The notes beneath the pieces are model-generated. The model did no database searches. It saw only the letters and a program-made list of their open reading frames with translations, and had not been told where the DNA came from. The position numbers and the translations under genes are program-made. From Octopus vulgaris (Eukaryota), in assembly GCA_951406725.2 (NCBI GenBank), contig OX597815.1, forward strand, positions 173,910,001 through 173,974,000: a stretch of DNA of 64,000 nucleotides, in the 5' to 3' direction. This document shows, in pieces, positions 1 through 13,520 of this stretch; position 1 is the stretch's first letter; every line of letters begins with the position of its first letter.

Positions 1-235
1 ATCCAAGTGGACAATATGTCAAACGTGATGTTAATTTGAAGTCTGACAATAGTGGATAATGCAAAGATATTAATTTAAATAAAAACCATAATTTGACAAA
101 ATTCTTATCTTTTAAAGCGATACATGCAATAATAACAAATCTATGCATTAACTGTGGACACATTTCTTTTCTCATTAAAAACAAAACTGCATATTATACA
201 TAAGGAGCATTATGCATGGATAAGTGCAGTACATC

Positions 236-375
236 ATTTTGGTTTCTGTCAACCAAATCCACTCACAAGGCTTTGATTGATCCAAGACTAAAGTAGAAGT
301 CAGTAGCCCAAGATGATACACAGTGGAACTGAATGTGAAAACAAACGATTGAGAAGCTTAACACACAACTACATT
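236..375 (-). mobile_element. Decayed tRNA-derived SINE (family B) 5' part
   Basis: Reverse-complement similarity (aaatccactcacaaggctttg...cccaagatgatacacagtggaactgaa) to the head of the intact copies at 22385 and 51264. Confidence 0.65.
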
Positions 376-1284
376 GCATCCACCCACATACACACACACT
401 ATGAAATAATTTTTTTAGCATGAAGAAAAAAAATGCATACATATAAAATGCACAATTTTGCTATTACTACATGTAAGTATAAACAATTTAAAAATTTATC
501 AAATTATGATTTATAGCTTAATCAATACCATTTCATTATCTATTGTTATCAGAAGCTGAATTAATACCACTTTCCACTAATTGTTTCATTATCAGTTACT
601 TCCTATCATGTTCTGATCCATTAAGTGCATTCATAACACAACATTTTTAAAAACCTATGTAATCATCTTTTTATAATTTGCTTTCCAAGCTAGTATAGGT
701 TGTATGAATTTCCACAGGCTGAGTTAGCCCTTATTTAGAATCACTCTTCTCTAAAAGTAATCACAGAATCATATCTGGCTCTAATGCTTCAATTTTGGTT
801 TCTACACACACGCGCGCGTGTACACACACACAAAGGCAGAATAAAACAGATTTAGTTTATCCAGAGGATACTGGATGTATTTTATCATAGCACCAGCACA
901 TAGAGGTTGTCATGTCATCTAGAAAACTTTAGATGTGAAGTTAAGAGGACACCTCAACTTTATGTGCAAGTGGGAGAGGTGTAAGTACACAACCTAAATA
1001 CAGGTATGGCTCATAGAGGAGCTCAATGAATATTAAATTATACATAAAGCAGAATTTACTGTGCAAACTTATTTATTAATATATGTGTGTGTATTAGTAT
1101 TTATATTTACACTGCTTGAAAACAAGCATTATTTTTATGTTGCTGAAATAAATACCAGACTTAAGTACTGATTGACTAAATTCATGAAGATGGCACCCCA
1201 GTATGGCAATAGTCCAATGACAGAGTAGTAAAAACAAATATCTTTTACATGTTTTGGTTACTAAACTGCAACCATGCAGGGGCA

Positions 1285-1780
1285 CTGCCATAAAGGGCTT
1301 TAGTCAAATGAATCGACCACAGCACTTACTTTTAAGCCTGGTACTTACTCTATTGGTCTCTTTTGCTGAACTGCTAACTTACAGGGATGTAAACAAACCA
1401 AGACTGGTTGTCAAGCAGTAGTGGGGAACAAACAGTAACACATACATAGATATGTGTTCTTTTCTCCCCTCCATACACACGCAAGCATGCATCTGACTCA
1501 TACACTGTCCACTTCCCAGACATTTGTACATTACTGCATATGATTTATACGCACTTTTGATAAGTTGTGGTGCACCTGAGCACTGTAAACAATAATTTCA
1601 TTATTATTATTATATACAAATATACAATGGGTTTCATTCAATTTCTATCAGCCAAATTCACTCACAAGGCTTTGGTTGGCCCAGAGTTATAGTAGAAGAC
1701 ACTTACCCAAGGCAACACTCAGTAGGACTGATCCTGGAACCATGTGGTGGGGTAGCATACCTCTTACACAGCCATGCCTA
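1285..1780 (-). mobile_element. Decayed SINE family B with an internal insertion of a LINE-like 3' tail ending in (ATT)n (~1460-1612)
   Basis: Both head (ctcacaaggctttggttggccc...cacagccatgcctat) and body (tctcttttgctgaactgctaacttacagggatgtaaac) match the 22385 copy; CpGs converted to TG/CA. Confidence 0.7.
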
Positions 1781-2295
1781 TATAATGTGCCTATGTCTCT
1801 ATACAGGTGAGTGTATTTTCTATTATGAGCATAACATATGCAAAAACATATGAACACAATGAATACTACTCAGCCTTCTTTTGTGCCTCTTTCTTCCTTG
1901 TTTTGCCTCTCTAACAATATATCAACTTTACCTAATTAACACCTGTATAATGCTTTCAATCTTTTTAACCTCCCCCTATCATTCCTCTTTCTTCTTAATG
2001 TACAATGAAGTTTAAAATTTTCCCTTTCAGAGTCAGATTTATAAATTATATAAAACACTCTTTAATGCACCCATCAATCTAATCTTAATTGTCTGATTTC
2101 TGTGGATAATTGGAAAGTACTTTACTGTGTTGATTTAATAGCATTCTTCAGTTTTCCAAAGACCAGAAATGCACTAAAAGTTATTTAGGTAGGACTTGTG
2201 CATTAGCCAAAACATTTTTGCAGTACAGATTATTGTTTTTGCAAAATTTAAAATATCCACAAAAAGAAAAATAGATTCCAAATTTTAGTATTAGC

Positions 2296-2440
2296 AACAT
2301 GCTTCCCAATCATGTCGCTTTAAGTTCAATCCCACAACTGCACAGTACTTTGGACAAGAGTCTTCTAACTACAGCTGACCAAGCCTTGTAAGTAGAATTG
2401 GTCAAGAGAAACTAAAAGAAGCCTGTCATATGTGTATGTG
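2296..2440 (+). mobile_element. Decayed SINE family B head
   Basis: agttcaatcccac...ttggacaagagtcttct...aagccttgtaagtagaattgg...gaaactaaaagaagcctgtcata matches family B. Confidence 0.6.
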
Positions 2441-3964
2441 TCTCTCTGTCTGTGTGTATGTATGTGGTGTGTATGCATACTTATATGTGTGTTTACATTT
2501 GCACTTCTCCATAAACTGTTAAGCTAGATAAGTAGTGACATTGCTATTTCCCCACTTTAAAAAAATCATCCACTGGCTTTGTGCCTTTCAAAATTTGAAG
2601 ATGTCTGAAATTAGAGATCTCTTACTTGAAAACAGGTAGATAAAGGTGACAGGATAGACACAATACCTCAATAATATATCCACCTAACCCATACTATTAT
2701 AGAGAAACAAGCATAAAAACAAATGAAATATGCATTACATTTCTACATATTTGCACTAAATTCTGTCTAGTTGACATTAAATTAAAGAATAAAACAAATT
2801 TAATGTTCTTCAATGTTCATACACACAAGACAGAATTTTAATGTCTAAATGAAGCCTTTCACAAAACAATCACAATTAAATTATTTTTAATTGTTTCTAT
2901 CTAGTTTATTTCATTGCAAAACAATTAAACATTTAAAAAAATTCATTATGTAGTTAATTAAACTTGTGTTCCTATACATTTTTCTCTATACAGAAGGGTT
3001 ACAGATCTAATCAATCAATTCATTCAAACCTGTGTTACATTTATTTTAGTGAAGTATGCCACAGTCTTTTTTCACTTTGTACCAATGCTCTAATTACTGG
3101 CAACCACTGAATAACTTTTCATTTGAATATCATTGTCCATACGACATTTCACATTATATGAACAACTAAATATTGAATTTCCTACTTCATCTATCACTTT
3201 TTCCTTTCCTTAACAATCAACAGAAGTGTCAAATTACAATTTAAAATCTCATTAAAATATAATTAGCCAAATTAGTATTCTTTATTAATTTTTAAAATTA
3301 TATAATATAAAGAATAAACACCCTTCCTTAAAAAGAATTAAAAACAAATAAAAAGGCACATTCCAGCAGAAGCTTGCACATTCTTTCTTATGCTTCCAAG
3401 ATGCTTTACATTAAATTATAACACCTAGTTAGAGATATAAATACGCTTACATGAAACAATTTCCAAACTAAATCTAGAAAATATCTAACCCAAAGGCTAT
3501 ACAACAGGTTCATTTTACATATACACACACATATATATATATATATATACACATAAATACCCACACATACACATATGCACATACATATACATTATACACA
3601 CACACATACTGTATAATTGTATATTTTATACATACATACATAGGAAAATATAAAAAAATATTAAAAGCAAAAAAAAGCAGTAAACTTGGACTTGAAATGT
3701 ATTCACAAGCTGATAAAGCAGTTCATCAAAACATTTTATTAATGTACAAACTTTAGGGTCATGTAGTGCAAGTGGAACCTAACAGTTCCTGCACAATGTA
3801 ATAGTTGATGGTATGCCAATTTATAGATACATAATGATTACTGAGATTAAGTGACAGAGCATCATTTTTGTATGGTCGAGCAAATTGCTTTTAAATATAA
3901 GATTAAAATTAGACCAACAAAGGATTGCTCTTCCCTTCATAAAGTTGGAACCATACTGTGTTGT

Positions 3965-4002
3965 TTAATTGGAAACAGTATAGTAATGTTTGCAGCTGCA
4001 AC
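3965..4002 (-). CDS. Candidate terminal coding exon of a small ORF ((G)CSCKHYYTVSN*)
   Basis: Minus-strand acceptor cttcttttAG (AG at 4004-4003); phase 1 matches the upstream donor at 4876; TAA at 3967-3965; AATAAA at 3740-3735 followed by U-rich sequence. Confidence 0.4.
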
Positions 4003-4270
4003 CTAAAAGAAGTGAATATCTGGTGATATGTATTTCAATATATAACGATAGAGAAGTTTATCACGCAGTACTTTTAAATTGGAATAGAGAGAAAGAAAAC
4101 CTACAAATTTATTGTTGACAGAATTCTTTGTTAAGAAAGAATGAAAAACTAAGAACCAAATCTGGCTCTCAGGAACACATGAACAGTAGTTGCCACTTCA
4201 ATTAGTGAAAAATAAGTTTGCATATATCTTTCAATGTGATTATAACACCTTTTCATAAGCTTGGTTAGTT

Positions 4271-4390
4271 GATATGATATTTATTCTCAGGTAGCTTCAA
4301 GAGAAATGTAAGAAACAGGACATGTGACTTATGTGATATTTGTAAACCTTATCAAAATGTTTGATACTATGATCAGGAAATCTTTATGCC
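4271..4390 (+). mobile_element. Ancient RTE LINE reverse-transcriptase fragment
   Basis: Translates as DMIFILR*LQEKCKKQ...IFVNLIKMFDTM, resembling RTE RT motifs DMIFxLRQLQEK and FVDLxKAFD. Confidence 0.6.
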
Positions 4391-4876
4391 TTGCAAAATA
4401 TTCCCAAGAAGGAATATTTGTAAAGTAGAGCTTGCATTCTCTTACTTCCAACAGCACTACCTCTACACTCTCTTCAATATCCATTGGAGTGATTTGTTAC
4501 TAATATTGAAGTCCTCAAACATGAAGAGATCATTATCAAGACCATGCTACTGAAGATGCAGCGCAGTACTAAGTAGGACAATTTACCAAAATCACCTCCC
4601 TAAGGTGAATTCTTCTCTGGACAAAAGGAGACAGAGGTAAAAACCATGATATAGTAGCACTGAACTAAGAATAGAATTTCATTTGCAGCTGCTACAGTGG
4701 CTGCCAATTCTATTTCAGCCTCACCAGCCACATGCAAGCCTGAAATAGGTGTAGACAGCCTTCTCCCTGAATATTAATTTGTGAAACCAAATAATGATAT
4801 AAGGGCAACAAAAAAGTTATCCAAAATAAAATCTCAAAGTATACAAATGAAGAAAAAGAAAAAAATTATTTCTTAC

Positions 4877-4949
4877 CAGCACGTGATTTAATCTTCTGCC
4901 CAAATTCCTCATCTTCTTCAGGGAATGTTTCTGTCATAGATTTCTCCAT
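4877..4949 (-). CDS. Candidate first coding exon (MEKSMTETFPEEDEEFGQKIKSRA); whole exon 5086-4877 including 5' UTR
   Basis: Strong acceptor ttattttctttttattctAG (AG at 5088-5087); ATG in GACATGG context with an in-frame TAA 9 nt upstream; consensus donor G|GTAAGA at 4876. Confidence 0.5.
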
Positions 4950-5929
4950 GTCAAATTAATGACAATTAATCAGTATTAAATTTTTTCCAACTCAGTAGTG
5001 TAAATCCACAATTATATAAAATCCTCAAAAGACAAGGGCCATAGATAAGATGTTATCTATCAAAAAGTAACCTACAATGCAGAGACCTAGAATAAAAAGA
5101 AAATAAGCACACTGTAAAACAACAATCATTTAAATAAGTTATTTCAATTTCAAAAATGAGTTTGATAAATGTCTAAAAACATTTGAAATGAGTCAATTTT
5201 GTGACTGTTAACCATATCTTTAAACATGAAAGCATTTTTAATAGTTTCAAATAGTCTGATCACTTGGTTGTCATCAAGTATCTATTCTTGGATGTGTAGA
5301 CAGTCCTACACTGGATTCAAATGAGAAAATTTTATTTTAAACTAAGGGTAATAATGCAACTGATTTAGAAATAAATGGTTCAAGCCAGAATCCTGTTTGG
5401 TACTACCCATTAATAAAACAATGATAATCAGAGATTGAAACACGCGAGATATAGCTATTAAAACTGGTTCCATCTCCTAAGATGAAGCTGACAGCTTAAA
5501 AATTAAAATTTTATTATTTGGTTAAGTTTTGCAATTTTGGACATTTTAATATTATTAGATACATTGCTTTTCCATTTGGATAATCAGCCATAAAGTAGTA
5601 GCAGAATCAAGTTCAGAAAAATGTAAACAATATATATATGTATGTAAAAGTAGAACATTGGAATAACTGCTCAAGACGGCATTGGTGGATAAATAATTTC
5701 TTTATTTGTGAATTAAGGCTATCATTGGTTTCATGTTATGAAGAGTGGGAAAATATCCAAGTATCTTAAGTTTTCAAGCTGATCACATGGAGAAAGGTGT
5801 TCACCTCCATTTTGGAAAACAATCCTGTTTCGTTCATGGGACTTCTAGTTTGTGTGTGCTGCATGCATCCATGCATAAAGCTGTATATATATTAAAAGAA
5901 TAGAAGGTAATGCTATGCAACTTCATAAT

Positions 5930-6135
5930 GCAAGTTACTTGGTGACCCTGTCAGTGCAGGTGCCACTTAAAATGCACTCAGTCCACTCTGCTGGGTGGTT
6001 GGTGTTAGGAAGGGCATCCAGCTGTAGAAATCTACCAAAACAGACACAGAAGTCTGGTGCAGGCTTCTGTCTGGCTGGCTCCTGTCAACCCATCTCACCC
6101 ATGTCAGCATGGATGGCAGACATTAAATGATGATT
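5930..6135 (+). mobile_element. RTE-associated 3' tail repeat (family A)
   Basis: ggtgttaggaagggcatccagctgtagaaa...cattaaatgatga; same module at 7460, 8540, 12756 and 55288. Confidence 0.75.
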
Positions 6136-6824
6136 GTTCTTTTCCTTGCTTTTAATTTTAGCATCATTTTATTCCATTCAAATTGCTTCTACCATGTCTA
6201 CAGCCTCACTATTTTAAGCTAAGTGTTAAATATTATTTATGTTAATTAATCCAAGTAAATATGTGCTGTTTTTGCCTCTTCATTTTGTTTTTTCCATATT
6301 AGTTTCATTTTGGCCTATGAACAGATATATCTTTCCTCCCCATTACTGTGACTCAGTCACAGTGTAGCCATACAGCTTGGTTGTTTGTGGTGTGCCCTCC
6401 CATCCCACCTCACAACCTATACAGGAAGTCTCTCTTATGGAAACCTTTTATACCAGATAGCTGTATGGAAAACGCTCTTGCATTTCTGCCCCTTCCCTCC
6501 TGCCAACAACAGCTCACAAGCAGCAACAATACAATATAAAAAAGGCTTAGCTAGTATGTTTGTATTAGAAATATGACAAATGTTCTTGCTAGTGGGTTAA
6601 TTACTGCTGTTATTTTATCTCTGTGTATGCAATGGTTTATGCCACACCCTCTTCTTTCTTCATTTGGTAGACATAGCAAGTGTGAAGTGAATGAATGATG
6701 GTAAATCAGATGCAGGATGAAATATATATGAAACTATATAGCATATCTGGCAAATGTTCATGCAAACCTTTTCAAATGCAGAATGTTGTCTCTCACCTTT
6801 CTGTCTCTTCTTGTCACCCCTTCC

Positions 6825-7370
6825 TCCCACTTAAAATTGGCATACTCAGATTGGGCACATTGAAAGGTAGGTCTGGTGAGATTGTTGAGATGATGAAACG
6901 AAGGGATGTAGATGTATGTTGCATTCAAGAGGTAAGGTAGAGGGGAGCTTCTGCCAGGTTCCTCACAGGCAAAGAACAAAGGTATAAAATCTTCTGAGTA
7001 GACAATGATAGGCAGTGATGGTGTTGGTAAGCAAACATCTTGCTGAGAAATGCATTGATAAAGTGATCAAGGTAGTTAGAATGTGTGATAGAATACTTGT
7101 GCTTAGACTAGTTTTGCAAATTAGTACACCATCTATTATTTCTGTCTATATTCCTCAACAGAGGCTGCCAGATGAATAGAAAGATTGGTTTAACACCCTT
7201 CAGCAGACTACTTCGTTGACAAATGAGAGTGACCTATTCATGACTGGTCACTTCAATGGGCATGTTGGGCAGCATCCAGGTGGCTTCCATGGTTATGGAG
7301 TCAGTTCTGCAATGAGGAGGAGAGTAGGCTACTGAAGTTCTATGATGCAAATTACCTTATAATCTATAAC
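6825..7370 (+). mobile_element. RTE LINE APE endonuclease fragment (decayed)
   Basis: LKIGILRLGTLKGRSGEIVEMMKRRDVDVCCIQEVR (QE motif), later GHFNGHVG (GDFNxHVG-like); multiple stops. Confidence 0.8.
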
Positions 7371-7459
7371 AAGACAACTATCTCTGTACCTTTGCCATAC
7401 TCTAACCTCTTGCCTGCCAGGTACATAGCCACTTTCCTTGGTTCCACTCCCTCTTTGAA

Positions 7460-7686
7460 CTAGGTCTTATAAGTTACTTGGCGACTGCTGATGCTGGTTC
7501 CACATAAAATGCACCCAGTACACTCAGTAAAGTGTTTGGTGTTAGGAAGGGCATCCAGCTGTAGAAACCAAGCCAAAGCAGACAATTGCAACCTGGCACA
7601 GCTCTCCAGTTTGTCATCTTCTGTCAAACCATCCAACCCATGCCAGCATGAAAAACAGATGTTAAATAATAATAATGATGATGATG
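7460..7686 (+). mobile_element. RTE-associated 3' tail repeat (family A)
   Basis: gttaggaagggcatccagctgtagaaac...acccatgccagcatg...gttaaataataataatgatgatgatg. Confidence 0.75.
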
Positions 7687-7759
7687 CTGATACACACATA
7701 TGCACACTTACAAAGATGACAGTGATAGAGAAATGCAAGGATATATGTTGTTCATTTTT

Positions 7760-8719
7760 AAGTAAAAACACTGTTGCATGTGGAAGGTGCAATTAGCACT
7801 AAAAGTGTACAGAAAATAGACTTCATCAAATGCCAGGAGAGAAAACGAAAAGTAGTCGATGGCTTCCGTTACCTAGGTAACCAAGTCAGTAGCAGGAGTG
7901 AATGCTCTGAGAGCGTAGCTGCTAGAATAAGAACAGGTTAGGCAAAGTTCAGAGAGTGCCTACCTCTGTTGGTAACAATGGGCCTCTATCTCAGAGTGAA
8001 AGGTAGATTGTATAATGCCTGTGTATGAACAGTCATGCTACACGGCAGTGAAACATGGGCTGAGACTACCTGGGACATGTGTAGGCTTGAAAGAAATAAA
8101 GCTAGGATTTGAGAGAAAAGTTGGGCATAAGAGGCATCAAAGGTGGTGTGCAAGAGGAGAATGCACTGGTATGGTCATGTGATATGTATGGATGACAACA
8201 GCTGTGTGAAGTTCTGAACTCTAATGGCTGAGGGAATCTGTGGAAGAAGTAAAACCAGGAAGACATAGGACGAGGTGGTGAAGCATGATCTTCAAATGTT
8301 GGGCCTCACGGAGGCAATGACAAGTGATCAAGATCTTTGGTAATATGTCGCGCTTGAGAAGACCCGCCAATCTAAGTGAAATCATAGTCATCGCCGATGC
8401 CAGTATTACGTAACTAGCACCCATGCTAGTGGCACATAAAAAGCACTATTTGAACATTGGACCTCAGAGAAGCAATGACAAATGATCAAGACCTTTGGCA
8501 ATATACCGTGCTTGAGAAGATCTGTCAAGCCAAGTGACATGCCAGTGGCATACAAAAAGCATTAACTACATTCTTGGAGTGGTTGACATTAGGAAAGGCA
8601 TCCAGCTGTAGAAACATGCCAAATCAAATTGGAACCTGGTGCAGCTCACCAGCTTACCAGCTTTCTGTCAAACTGTAAAAACCCATGCCAGCATGGAAAG
8701 CAAACATTAAATGAAGATG

Positions 8720-8720
<1 letters not shown>
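7760..8720 (+). mobile_element. RTE LINE 3' portion (RT C-terminus, duplicated 3' UTR segment, tail)
   Basis: VVDGFRYLGNQ...LRVKGRLYNACV*TVMLHGSETWA...WYGHV; segment 8297-8379 repeated at ~8456-8538; ends in family A tail. Confidence 0.85.
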
Positions 8721-8752
<32 letters not shown>

Positions 8753-10129
8753 TTCGATTAAAGGTTGTGTTAACTACATGAAGGGATGGTTTCATCCATG
8801 GTAATACTGGTTCAATACCTAGTATTTTGGGGGAATTGATTTCCTTAAAATAATAGGTATATATAAAAACATAGTTTATACTCATATATATACATATCCA
8901 TACACATAAACATAGACCATTATATATACACAGATATATATACATATAAGCACAAATATATATACACACATTTATATAACTGATGACCTATGAAACAAAA
9001 CAACTTCCCCTTAATGAAATGCTATCTTAATGTCTCTTAATCCACAAAATATTTTCTCACTTTTTAGTGTAAAAGATAAAATTAAGAAAGCTGCTTCAAA
9101 TTGAAGTGATTTAGATAGATTAAAATAATTACTTGTGTTCAAATATCAAGGTCTTAAAAGTTGAAAGAAAAAATATACTATATTTCTTTTTGTTAAATTT
9201 GAATTTACTTGTCCAATGAAAAGATATGATATAATTGACTCTTGTCAAGATGTGTCTCTTCCTTGCAATAGGATTGAAAAAACCAATGAAACAGCTTACT
9301 ACGTAACACACATTCTAACCAAACAATTGTAGTTCTCCTTTAATCTATGGTGTTCTACATGAACGTTACTGAGTGAGCATTTGTCGAGACATGCATGAGG
9401 AAGTACAAGTTTAAGCACTCTGCTGGAAACGGCTTGAACTAAACTTCTAATAACAGCACAATAAGGAGATGGCTTATGATTTATCTGTAGCTATTGTAAC
9501 AACTGCAGCTGAGAAGTTATTTTCACAAGAGAAGAAAATAATTGGGAATGTTCCAAGCTGCGCGTAAATTTTAAAATTACATTTACTTCTCATTCCATAC
9601 AATAGATAAAGTGTGAACAAATACGACTTCTTAGTGAAATGCTTTTTCAATATATTTCTCTCATCTCTCTATAGTCCAAAATATTCTTTCATATTGTAAG
9701 AGATTCAAAACAACAAAGTAGTTGCCTCTATATACATATTATAAATGTTAAGAACTATATAATGGTAACATAAAAAACTCACAACAAATATTATACACTT
9801 ATTTACAATCATATTTAACTTGTTCATTTACATGCGGACATAGAAAGACAATATACTGCACAAATTGTCTTGAGGGAAAAAATTCTTCTTATAGACAATA
9901 TAGGTGTAAACACACCACTAGGCCATGAATGATATCACCAGACCATAGAATGTGTGTGTTTCTGTACTATTATGCTTCATCAGCTATGTATACAAACCAT
10001 CATACATGGCCACTAATAGCTAGTACCAAATGGCATGTTTGCTATGTGCAAAAAGTTTTGTCAAGCTGGAATATATTAATTAGAGGCACACTAAGTAGCA
10101 ATGAATGAAATAGCTATGTACAGCGGTAT

Positions 10130-10800
10130 TTAACTTGTTCATGTGCAATCAGGCATGGAAAAGCAACATGCTATACAAACTGTCTCTGTATCAAGAGAGG
10201 TGCAGTGAGACATGAAGGAGAGTGGGGATAGGAGATTGGGTGAAGTATCCATTTGTGCACGCATACACGCACACACACAGAGTGCTTTCAGAGCCCAGTT
10301 TCGATGAGGTGGGCAGGTTTTCTCAAGAACTGCATATTGCCAGTCATCCCAGTTTGTTGTCATATCCTCTGTTGAGGTCAGATTTTACCACTACATTCCA
10401 TGTCTTCTTTATTCAACTGTTATCATCTATACACGCATCACATGTCAGCACAGTTTTCTTTTTTGTACACTACAGCTGATTCCTCTCATACCCAGTTTTC
10501 CACTCAGTACATTTATATTATGTTGTTCATGCACACTTACATTACGTATTTAACAGTTTTCTCAAGTCCTTTGCATTCAAAGCTCATGTTCCACTACCAT
10601 GCAGCATTGCAGTCCTAACACAAGCATCATACAATCTACCTTTCACCCAGAACAAAAAGAGGTTTGTTGCCTGAACTTTCTCCAACCTGTTTTATACTTG
10701 GTAATACACTTTCAGAGAAAGCACTCCCTTACAAATTACCATCCAAGAGAGTCTATTTCTGGTCTATTGTACATACTGCTCAAGTGCATCTATAACATAC
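10130..10800 (-). mobile_element. Decayed RTE LINE 3' fragment
   Basis: Minus strand reads VKGRLYDACVRTAMLHGSGT*A, homologous to the 7990-8060 segment. Confidence 0.75.
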
Positions 10801-11212
10801 AGAGCTTACGTTCTCCACTAGTCTTGCTGCAATTCCACTACATCTGAGGTATCCATAGTTTACATAGCGTGCAGCATATGGAGATCATACCTATTTGCAT
10901 TTCAAGCAAAGAAGTTACCTTGAAAGTACTAAGGGTTTGTCTTCTTTTCTATTTACTATAACCTTTGTATTGGCTAAGTTGACACTGAAATTTCTCAATC
11001 GTAGGTTTAGCATATATACATCTATATATCAGTAGATATATATACACACATACATAGAGATAATGATGCAGATAAACACCATTAGGCTTGATATATCATC
11101 ACCATACATGTCGCTAAATATATTCAGAAGACAAACATATGTACAAGTATATATATATATGTATATGTATGTATGTATGTATGTATGTATATATATATGT
11201 ATGTATATATAC

Positions 11213-11960
11213 ATTGGATCATCCCACTGATAGTACAATTTTTACAATTGCATGAACTAAAAGTCAGAGTGGGATGGGATAAACTACCTGCATCAACTTA
11301 CTATAAAAGCAGGTACTAATTTTACTTTGTACTTATTCTTAGTGCAAGTTTTGAAGAGTGCAGTTCGATTTTAACAGTTATGTTTTCAAAGCTATAAGTT
11401 CAATAAAGGCAAAAACGCAATGGAAAGTGAGAGGAATATTAATGCAGTATATGAAAACAAAATACCATCATAATTGTTGAGGAACTAGCAGAGAAGCTTG
11501 GATTTGGTCATTCAACCATTCATTAACTAACACCTGTGTGCCATCAGAAAAATCAGCAAATCGGGTCAATAGGTTCCTCAAGCTTTCCAAGTCTAATCGC
11601 ACGCAGAGAGTGAATGTGTGCTCTTCTTTGCTGTTATGTCTCACAAATGAACCTTTATTTTGGACCAAATAGTGACTGGTGATGAGAAATGGGTTCTCTA
11701 TGAAAATGTCAAGCACCGAAGACAGTCGGTAGGGAAAGGAGAAACACTGGTACCCAAGGCTAAAGAAGGTCTTCACCCATGTAAGGTGTTATCTGTTTGG
11801 TGGGATAATGAAACGTTTAGTCCACTTTGAACCTTTAAACCCAAACCAAATGATAACAAAGGAAATCTACTGCAAGCAGCTTGAGTGGCTTAAGTCAGCG
11901 CTAGAAGAAAAGCGAACATCCATGGTTTCAAGCATCAGAATAATGCTCAGCCACAAACTG
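11213..11960 (+). mobile_element. Mariner transposase pseudogene fragment
   Basis: EELAEKLGFGHSTIH (HTH), LDQIVTGDEKWVLYEN (first catalytic D), GLHPCKVLSVWWD, YCKQLEWLKSALEEKR; frameshifted. Confidence 0.9.
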
Positions 11961-12319
11961 CAAGGGCTGCATAAAGTTGTGGGATAGGCCTGAGGTCTTT
12001 GTAGGCATTGGTGGTTAGAGACCCTGTTCTTGGTTGTGGAGCAGCTAATATTAATGTGGTATATCTAGGTTGTCAGTGGTCAATGGTTTGAAGTTTGCCA
12101 GAAAGGCAAACCTCTGATGGCAGCAATAAAATAGTTCATATTTCCAGTTGATAGATACTGCAGATAGGTGGAAAACATGCGGTCTTTCATGGAGGCAGAG
12201 CTAGCAACTAAAGGCCTTGTCGATGATGATTCATTTGATGTTGGGAGTTTATTACTGGAGGTCACATAGTCTACAGAGGAAATGAGACAAAGAGATGGAG
12301 TTCTCTCTATCCCTGCATT

Positions 12320-12705
12320 TAAGCAAGTACATAAGTTATGTGTGCCTTCTCTTGGTGATGTCATTGGATGGTGTGAGGTTGGCTCTGTAGACTACAGCCC
12401 TTGAAAGGCAGGATCCTCTTAGAGAACAGCAGGTAAGGTTTTGACAGTTACAGGTTGGGACTGGAGGTTGTGCAGGTGTATGTTTGCATCTGCTGCAGCA
12501 TGCAATGTTAGAGGTGATATTATCTATGCAAGAGTAGCTCACCATGATGTTATGGGAATTAAAGAGTTTATAGTACTTGTTGCCCTTGGGAAAATGCTTC
12601 TTAATCAACAACAGGAAACTTCTGGCTATGCTTGTGGAAACTTCTAAGTTAAATGGAGGGTTGAACCAGATTATCTTTCTGGTTCTCTTCAGAGGAACTA
12701 TCCTA
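12320..12705 (-). mobile_element. Penelope-like element fragment (RT-to-GIY-YIG linker region)
   Basis: ORF 12336-12728: RKIIWFNPPF...KHFPK...VSYSC...CNC...GSCLSRAVVYRA, characteristic of Penelope-like ORFs. Confidence 0.85.
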
Positions 12706-12755
12706 CATGTATTTACATGCATACACACATATATATATATATATATATATTTATA

Positions 12756-13037
12756 TCATCATCATCATTTAACGTCCGCTTTCCATGCTAGCATGGGTTG
12801 GACGGTTCAACTGGGGTCTGGGGAGCCCGAAGGCTGCACCAGTCCAGTCAGATCTGGCAGTGTTTCTACAGCTGGATGCCCTTCCTAACGCCAACCACTC
12901 CGAGAGTGTAGTGGGTGATTTTATGTGCCACCGACACAGGTGCCAGACGAGGCTGGCAAACGGCCACGCTCGGATGGTGTTTTTTTATGTGCCACCGACA
13001 CAGGTGCCAGACAAGGCTGGCAGACGGCCACGCTCGG

Positions 13038-13040
<3 letters not shown>
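12756..13040 (-). mobile_element. Young RTE-associated tail repeat (family A) with internal ~60 bp tandem duplication, inserted into the Penelope relic
   Basis: (CAT)n tail, tttctacagctggatgcccttcctaacgcc, two copies of tttatgtgccaccgacacaggtgccagac...cggccacgctcggatg; CpGs retained. Confidence 0.8.
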
Positions 13041-13078
<38 letters not shown>

Positions 13079-13089
13079 CTTACACACAC

Positions 13090-13400
13090 TCTCACCAGCC
13101 TTGCTTCTGTCAGCTTCCAAGTCCCTTCAATGGCCCATCAGACACTATGGCATCACCAGATTCTTGTCCAGTCATGCAATCTAAGAATTCTCCTTTCTAA
13201 CACATCTGCTGTCATTAAAATGGCATTTCTAACACCATGTGACCAGCCTTGGCCAATAACAGCACATTTTTCAGTAGCCATCATGGACTTGCTGTATTTT
13301 ACCAATTGGTAATCTGAAGATGAAGGAGCCAGATTTCTGTAAGAAGCCTACATGGAGTCAAAATCAAACTGTTTTGAATAATAATGTAACTCCTGCTAAA
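13090..13400 (-). mobile_element. Probable upstream (RT) part of the same Penelope-like relic
   Basis: Collinear position; degenerate FDFDSM motif resembling RT FD...YPS; weak. Confidence 0.35.
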
Positions 13401-13520
13401 TATGTTGAGTGCATTTTTTCTTTAGTTTGTCTGCTCACTCATCTATTTATATAAAACATATACACATACAGCACATATATATATAATATATATTTACACA
13501 CACATATCTATGCATATACA

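Noticed and set aside
1-90. Possible plus-strand terminal coding exon (PSGQYVKRDVNLKSDNSG*, then AATAAA)
   Set aside because: Only 18 codons are visible at the window edge, and AATAAA is common in such AT-rich DNA
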